Shown here one piece after another: positions 58,984 through 64,000 of a stretch of DNA of 64,000 bases. Each line of letters opens with the position of its first letter. The stretch's first letter is position 1. The notes below the pieces were generated by a model. The model was not told the origin of the DNA. It made no database searches and saw only the letters and a program-made list of their open reading frames with translations. The DNA is taken from assembly GCA_033549025.1 (NCBI GenBank), contig JAWSUS010000004.1:114847-178846 (forward strand). The letters run 5' to 3'. The position numbers and the translations under genes were made by a program. Source of the DNA: Desulfuromonadales bacterium (lineage in GTDB: Bacteria; Desulfobacterota; Desulfuromonadia; Desulfuromonadales; SZUA-540).

Positions 58984-61383
58984 TTGATCGTCTACGCCGC
59001 CACCAAAACCAGGTTCCAAGACGATGTCATGACCAACGACATCGACAGCATCATCCTTAGCGCCTTCGAGTCAGCAACGGGAAGGACTACCGGCAAGGCT
59101 GAAGTCCACTCTTGGAAGAGTTCCTTAGAATACATGGAGCGAGTCCTTCGAGATGATGAGATACCTTATGATGCCGGTGTTGCCATCGAGTACCACCTTC
59201 CGCAGACAGCGAAACGCATTGACTTCATTTTGACTGGTCAGGACAGGAATAGGCAAGAGTCTGCCGTACTCGTCGAACTAAAACAGTGGGAGAAGGCGGA
59301 GCTCACCCAGAGCGACGCGGTTGTTATCACCCGTTTTAAGCACGGTCTCGCAGAAACCCTCCATCCGTCCTACCAGGCTTGGTCCTACAAGCAATTGCTG
59401 GAAGACTACAACGAGACAGTGCAGGAGGAGTACATTGGGCTGTATCCCTGCGCTTACTTGCACAACTACATAGACGACGGGGTTATTACAAACTCGTTCT
59501 ACGAAGAATATCTTAAGAAGGCACCGGTTTTTCTTAAGCAGGATGCTAAGAAGCTACAACAGTTCATTAAAGCCCACGTCAAGTACGGTGATACGACCCG
59601 GGTCATGTACCGGATTGAGCATGGCAAGATCAAGCCGTCAAGGAATTTGGCCGATGAGTTGGCGTCGATGCTCCATGGCAACCGAGAATTCGTCCTGATT
59701 GACGACCAGAAGGTGGTGTTCGAGAAGGCTAATCGGCTGGCAGAACAGGCTTCAGACAATGCAAAGAAGGTCCTGATCGTCGAAGGGGGGCCAGGAACCG
59801 GTAAGTCGGTTTTAGCTATTAATCTTCTAGTGGAACTTACGGGTAAAAGCCTTAATGCTCGGTATGTTACACGTAATTCTGCACCCCGGCAGGTTTATGA
59901 ATCGAAACTCACAGGCCACTTTAGAAAGACCCGAATCTCAAATATGTTTACAGGCTCTGGGTCATTTTATTCCACAAAGTCGAATAGTTTTGACTGCCTA
60001 CTGGTCGATGAATCTCATCGGCTAAATGAGAAATCCGGCCTCTTCAGCAAAGGAGAGAACCAGATCAAAGAAATCATAAACGCCAGCAGGTTGAGCGTTT
60101 TCTTTATCGATGAAGACCAGAAGGTGACCCTGAAGGACATCGGTGACAAAGAGGCGATTCGCATCTGGGCGAAGAAGCTAGGTGCCGAGGTCGTCGAGAT
60201 GAGCTTGGAATCCCAGTTCCGCTGCAACGGTTCCAACGGCTACCTAGCGTGGCTGGACAACACCCTGCAGATCCGACCAACGGCCAACGAAACGCTGGAT
60301 ACTCTAGAGTACGATTTTCGTATCATCGACTCTCCTTCGGCGCTGCACGACCTGATTAAGGCCAAGAATAGAAAAAACAATAAAGCGCGAATGGTAGGCG
60401 GATACTGTTGGGACTGGATCAGTAAGAAGAATCCGCTGTTGAAGGACATTGTCATTGGTAACTACAAGGCGACCTGGAACCTGGAGACGGACGGCCAGGC
60501 ATGGATCATTAAGCCCGACTCAGTCAGCGAGGTGGGGTGCATCCATACCTGCCAGGGCCTAGAGGTGGATTACATCGGTGTTATTGTTGGCCTAGACCTC
60601 GTAGTCCGCAACGGCAAGGTGCAGACCCGGCCGGGCGAGCGGTCGAGAATGGACAAGTCTATCCATGGGTGGAAGAAGTTGGTCAAAAACGACCCTGCGG
60701 AAGGAGCAGTGCGGCTCGACGCCATCATCAAAAACACCTACCGGACCCTCATGACCCGAGGACAGAAGGGGTGCTACGTCTACTTTGTCGATGAGGAAAC
60801 GCGCAGGTTCTTCGCCGGCCGGATGCAGGCTGAGTCGGAAGCGGAGGCGAAAACTGAGCGATTGCTGATGCCGCAAAATGTAAGGCCTGTATCGCCCCTG
60901 CCATTCCGTCGCCTTGGGCTGGGTGAAGCTAGGCCGTATGTGAACTGTGTCCCATTGTACGACCTTAAGATCGCTGCAGGTGAATTTAGCGAAGAGCAGC
61001 AAAGTCATGATGTTGAATGGGTTGAAGTGCCGGGAAGACCGCCGAAGTTTGGACAGTTTGTCGCCCAGGTTCTAGGCGAATCCATGAACCGCAGGATTCC
61101 CAATGGGGCTTGGTGTATATTTCAAATGAATCCAGTTGGGAGCCGTCATGGCAAGGTCGTCTTGGTATCGCACCGGGAGATTGCCGATACAGACACCAGC
61201 GGTCACTACACTGTCAAGATCTACGAGAGTACGAAGGAGAATCTTGATGATGGTTCGTGGCGTCACAGCTCGATCATCCTTCGGCCTGATAGCTATCTCC
61301 CGGGATATGAGCCGATTGTCTTAAGTGAAGAGCAGGCGGAGGATTTGCGGGTGGTTGGGGAGTTGGTGGCGGTGCTGGGGTAG
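58984..61383 (+). CDS. DUF2075 (Schlafen group 3-like) helicase with N-terminal nuclease-like and C-terminal S24/LexA-like domain
   Basis: IEY...RID...VELKQW; GGPGTGKS; VDESHR; QFRC; QGLE; LMTRG; C-terminal AAG...GESM...TVK. Confidence 0.85.
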   Translation: MIVYAATKTRFQDDVMTNDIDSIILSAFESATGRTTGKAEVHSWKSSLEYMERVLRDDEIPYDAGVAIEYHLPQTAKRIDFILTGQDRNRQESAVLVELKQWEKAELTQSDAVVITRFKHGLAETLHPSYQAWSYKQLLEDYNETVQEEYIGLYPCAYLHNYIDDGVITNSFYEEYLKKAPVFLKQDAKKLQQFIKAHVKYGDTTRVMYRIEHGKIKPSRNLADELASMLHGNREFVLIDDQKVVFEKANRLAEQASDNAKKVLIVEGGPGTGKSVLAINLLVELTGKSLNARYVTRNSAPRQVYESKLTGHFRKTRISNMFTGSGSFYSTKSNSFDCLLVDESHRLNEKSGLFSKGENQIKEIINASRLSVFFIDEDQKVTLKDIGDKEAIRIWAKKLGAEVVEMSLESQFRCNGSNGYLAWLDNTLQIRPTANETLDTLEYDFRIIDSPSALHDLIKAKNRKNNKARMVGGYCWDWISKKNPLLKDIVIGNYKATWNLETDGQAWIIKPDSVSEVGCIHTCQGLEVDYIGVIVGLDLVVRNGKVQTRPGERSRMDKSIHGWKKLVKNDPAEGAVRLDAIIKNTYRTLMTRGQKGCYVYFVDEETRRFFAGRMQAESEAEAKTERLLMPQNVRPVSPLPFRRLGLGEARPYVNCVPLYDLKIAAGEFSEEQQSHDVEWVEVPGRPPKFGQFVAQVLGESMNRRIPNGAWCIFQMNPVGSRHGKVVLVSHREIADTDTSGHYTVKIYESTKENLDDGSWRHSSIILRPDSYLPGYEPIVLSEEQAEDLRVVGELVAVLG

Positions 61384-61604
61384 AAAATGTTTTTAAAAAA
61401 TACCCTGAAACAACAGTCGCAAATGCCGTGGATAAAGCACAGGTCGGCCATTTTGAGACATGCAGACCGTCTGAGTAATCTAACATCAAATACGCCTTTT
61501 CGGACAAGCGTACCCACAAGACTCTAACGACTAACCGGCTAGGGTGATGCTGAAACGAATAGGACAGCAACAGGCTGTGCCTTTAGAGAAGCGTATGTGA
61601 AGCA

Positions 61605-62099
61605 CCACCCCCGAACAAACAGCTCAACTTCATGCTGCACGAGTGTAATGTCTACACCCTGTGTTGCGCCTGCCGACCGGACTCTTCTACGCCTAAGGGT
61701 GAAGACGAACGTTCTCTTCTTGGAGCGTAAGCCGGCCAGCGAGACGCTGTGGACCAAGAAGCTGTGGATCTACGACCTGCGCACTAACATGCATTTTACC
61801 CTCAAAACCAATCCGTTGAAGTGGTTCGACCTCGACGAATTCGCAGTGTCAATCCACGTACCGCCACCTGGAGTGCGGAGAGCCCCACCGGCCACTGGCG
61901 CTGCTACGATTACGCCGACCTGATCGCCTGCGACAAGGCCAGTCTCGATATCTTCTGGCTTAAGGATGATTCGCTGGAGGATTCGGACAATCTGCCCGCG
62001 CCCGGCCTGATCGCCGCAGAAATCGTGCAGGATCTGGAAGCCGCTTTGGAGCAGTTTCGCTTGATTGCCGAGGATTTGGGAGCAGAGGAAGTTGCCTAG
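61605..62099 (+). pseudogene. hsdM: Decayed type I RM methyltransferase (HsdM) C-terminal remnant
   Basis: NKQLNF, LRLPTGLFYA*, VKTNVLF, WIYDLRTNMHFTLK, SLDIFWLKD.SLE motifs across frameshifts, a stop and deletions. Confidence 0.8.
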
Positions 62100-63026
62100 A
62101 TGAAAGCACTAATCGTAACACTTTTGCCGATATTCGTTTTGTATGGTGTTATTTATCTGTTCGCGTGGGGGGCCCTTCATTTTTATCAGACCAGCAAAAA
62201 TGGTCGTAGGTCACCCCTTTCCCATAAACTGCTTCGTGCGCCGGGACAAACGCTGGCAGGCCAGGTCGAGGATATTACCGTGGAACTGAATGGCGATTTA
62301 GCCATGCTCTTTTTGTTGCCGTTTTCTATTTTTTCGCTGTACTTGGTGCAAGTCCATTGGGGGTCGTTGAAGCCATCCCTTGTAAATGTTGGGGGGCACA
62401 CCCTGATTGGATTGGCCACCATGGTTTTTGTTGCCAAGCGACTTCACAGCCGGTTGAAAACACGGAATTTACTCCGACTTGGTTTAGAAGCCGAGATGGC
62501 GGCCGGGCAAGAGCTCAATCATTTGATGCTTCACGGTTGTCATGTTTTTCATGATTTTCCTGCCGAGGAGTTCAACATCGACCACGTCATCGTCGGACCC
62601 AGTGGCGTGTTAGCTGTGGAAACCAAAGGCCGGCCGAAGCCGGATAAAGGGCGCGGGGCAATGGATGCCAAGGTTATTTATGACGGCGAGGCATTGCGTT
62701 TTCCCGATTGGAATGAAACGAAACCCCTTCAGCAGGCCAAGAGGCAGGCTGTTTGGCTTTCCAAGTGGCTCAGCAGTGCAATTGGGGAATCCGTTACTGC
62801 AAAACCAGCGTTAGCCTTGCCCGGTTGGTTTGTCGAGCGAACAAAGCCGGGAGATGTCCTTGTCTTTAATGGCAGAAGCCCGCAATTTTTGGCAAAACCC
62901 GGCCGAGAGGGGCAACTGTCACCCGAGATCATCCAACGAATTTCTCACCAACTTGAACAGCGGTGCCGTGACGTGGAGCCGGTCGCTTATCGCAAAGAGA
63001 ATAAAAAGCAGGCCGGAGCCAAATAA
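62100..63026 (+). CDS. Membrane-anchored NERD nuclease-domain protein
   Basis: 3 N-terminal TM; G..AE, HD....NIDH..VGPSG...VETK. Confidence 0.85.
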   Translation: MKALIVTLLPIFVLYGVIYLFAWGALHFYQTSKNGRRSPLSHKLLRAPGQTLAGQVEDITVELNGDLAMLFLLPFSIFSLYLVQVHWGSLKPSLVNVGGHTLIGLATMVFVAKRLHSRLKTRNLLRLGLEAEMAAGQELNHLMLHGCHVFHDFPAEEFNIDHVIVGPSGVLAVETKGRPKPDKGRGAMDAKVIYDGEALRFPDWNETKPLQQAKRQAVWLSKWLSSAIGESVTAKPALALPGWFVERTKPGDVLVFNGRSPQFLAKPGREGQLSPEIIQRISHQLEQRCRDVEPVAYRKENKKQAGAK

Positions 63027-63030
63027 CGCC

Positions 63031-63408
63031 ATGTCCTCTTGTCCCTTCTGCCAAATCGACGCTTCTCGAATCCTCCTGGCCAATGAACTGGCCATGGCCA
63101 TTCACGACGGCTATCCCGTCAGTTCCGGTCACAGTTTGATCATCCCAAAGCGGCATATTGCCTCGATCTTTGAGACGACGCCTGCTGAACAGGCAGCGCT
63201 ATGGGAGCTGGTCGTGAAGATGCGAGAGAGTCTACTTGAAGAACACCATCCCGCTGGTTTCAACATTGGCATCAACGACGGGGTGGCGGCAGGGCAGACG
63301 GTGCTGCACCTGCATATCCACCTAATACCCAGATACTCGGGCGATCAGTGTGATCCTCGCGGGGGTGTGCGCTGGATTTTCCCAGAGAAGGCAAAATACT
63401 GGAAATAG
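63031..63408 (+). CDS. HIT family nucleotide hydrolase
   Basis: CPFC, PV..GH.LIIPKRH, AGQTV.HLHIHLIPR. Confidence 0.92.
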   Translation: MSSCPFCQIDASRILLANELAMAIHDGYPVSSGHSLIIPKRHIASIFETTPAEQAALWELVVKMRESLLEEHHPAGFNIGINDGVAAGQTVLHLHIHLIPRYSGDQCDPRGGVRWIFPEKAKYWK

Positions 63409-63410
63409 GC

Positions 63411-63929
63411 ATGACAATTCCGGCAGCTGAAGACCAACTCAAATTTATCAATAGCATCCAGCGAATTCTGGATGAAGGTGCCTTTGTTGCCACCTATAAA
63501 TTTGCACTTATTTTGGCACTCGCTGACTATGCCGTCGAGCACGGCGATGACTCCGGTCACCCTGTTTCCCTGGCAACTGATGATATAGCCGAAAAATTTA
63601 TAGAGTATTACTGGCGGCAGGTCGTACCTTATGCCTTTGAGTGCAAGGGCACCGCCATGGTACTTAAACAAGGGGCAGGAAGCCAGCCCGTAATTTTGCA
63701 GCGTGTTATGGACTTGCACTCGAAGGTCAATGGTTCCTTGTCTGCAGCACGTATGCATGTAAAAGACTGGGCACTCCTTTCCAAAAAAGTTGCCACGACT
63801 ATCGCGGAAATGCCCCTTTGGCGCCTTCAAGTGGCAGGGAACACAATTCTGCCTTTTTTATATAAGCAGCATGGTGCAGGAAGAACAATCGATCTGCATA
63901 GTGGGGTAGTTTACAATTTTAGGTGTTAG
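63411..63929 (+). pseudogene. HNH endonuclease-associated protein, N-terminal part only (probably IS-truncated)
   Basis: ATYKFAL, YYW, MPLWRLQ motifs typical of HNH-protein N-termini; no HNH motif before the stop. Confidence 0.6.
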
Positions 63930-64000
63930 ATCTGAACGCGTTGTTTACACTTTTAAGCCATAGAAATGATCCAGCAACTTTTCGTATGGCGTTAGATCGT
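63924..64000 (-). mobile_element. Probable IS481-family element end with transposase C-terminus
   Basis: Begins TGT at the truncation point; minus-strand frame DLTPYEKLLDHFYGLKV* ends at 63945. Confidence 0.5.

Overview
GC-rich chromosomal window, most likely from a Desulfuromonadales bacterium (Desulfuromonas/Geobacter-like; inferred from gene content). (1) 2.9-15.8 kb, minus strand: an ext-type sulfur/chalcogen-respiration cluster. It holds a rhodanese lipoprotein, porin, small periplasmic protein, UGA-split pentaheme ExtKL selenocytochrome, 12- and 9-heme cytochromes, Rieske, split cytochrome b and a tetraheme cytochrome. It also contains two related TetR genes and is extended by an orphan Tat Fe-S/cytochrome b module. 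A divergent mobAB-modEABC-moeA cassette lies next to it. (2) Core genes (def, slyX, mgtE, recO, glyQS, ppdK, nfi, ablAB) are interspersed with a choice-of-anchor F island and a Fur-box iron module. (3) A second hidden in-frame UGA lies in a YeeE/YedE-family sulfur transporter (46105-46641), with a SECIS-like hairpin, making it a probable membrane selenoprotein. (4) From 57.3 kb: a defence-island-like region with RhuM/Fic, MazG-like plus a nuclease-DUF2075 helicase-LexA/S24 autopeptidase fusion, a decayed hsdM, NERD, HIT, and an HNH-type gene apparently cut by an IS481-like end. A presenilin/SPP-like membrane protein follows hemG. All calls come from motif recognition by eye; no searches were run.
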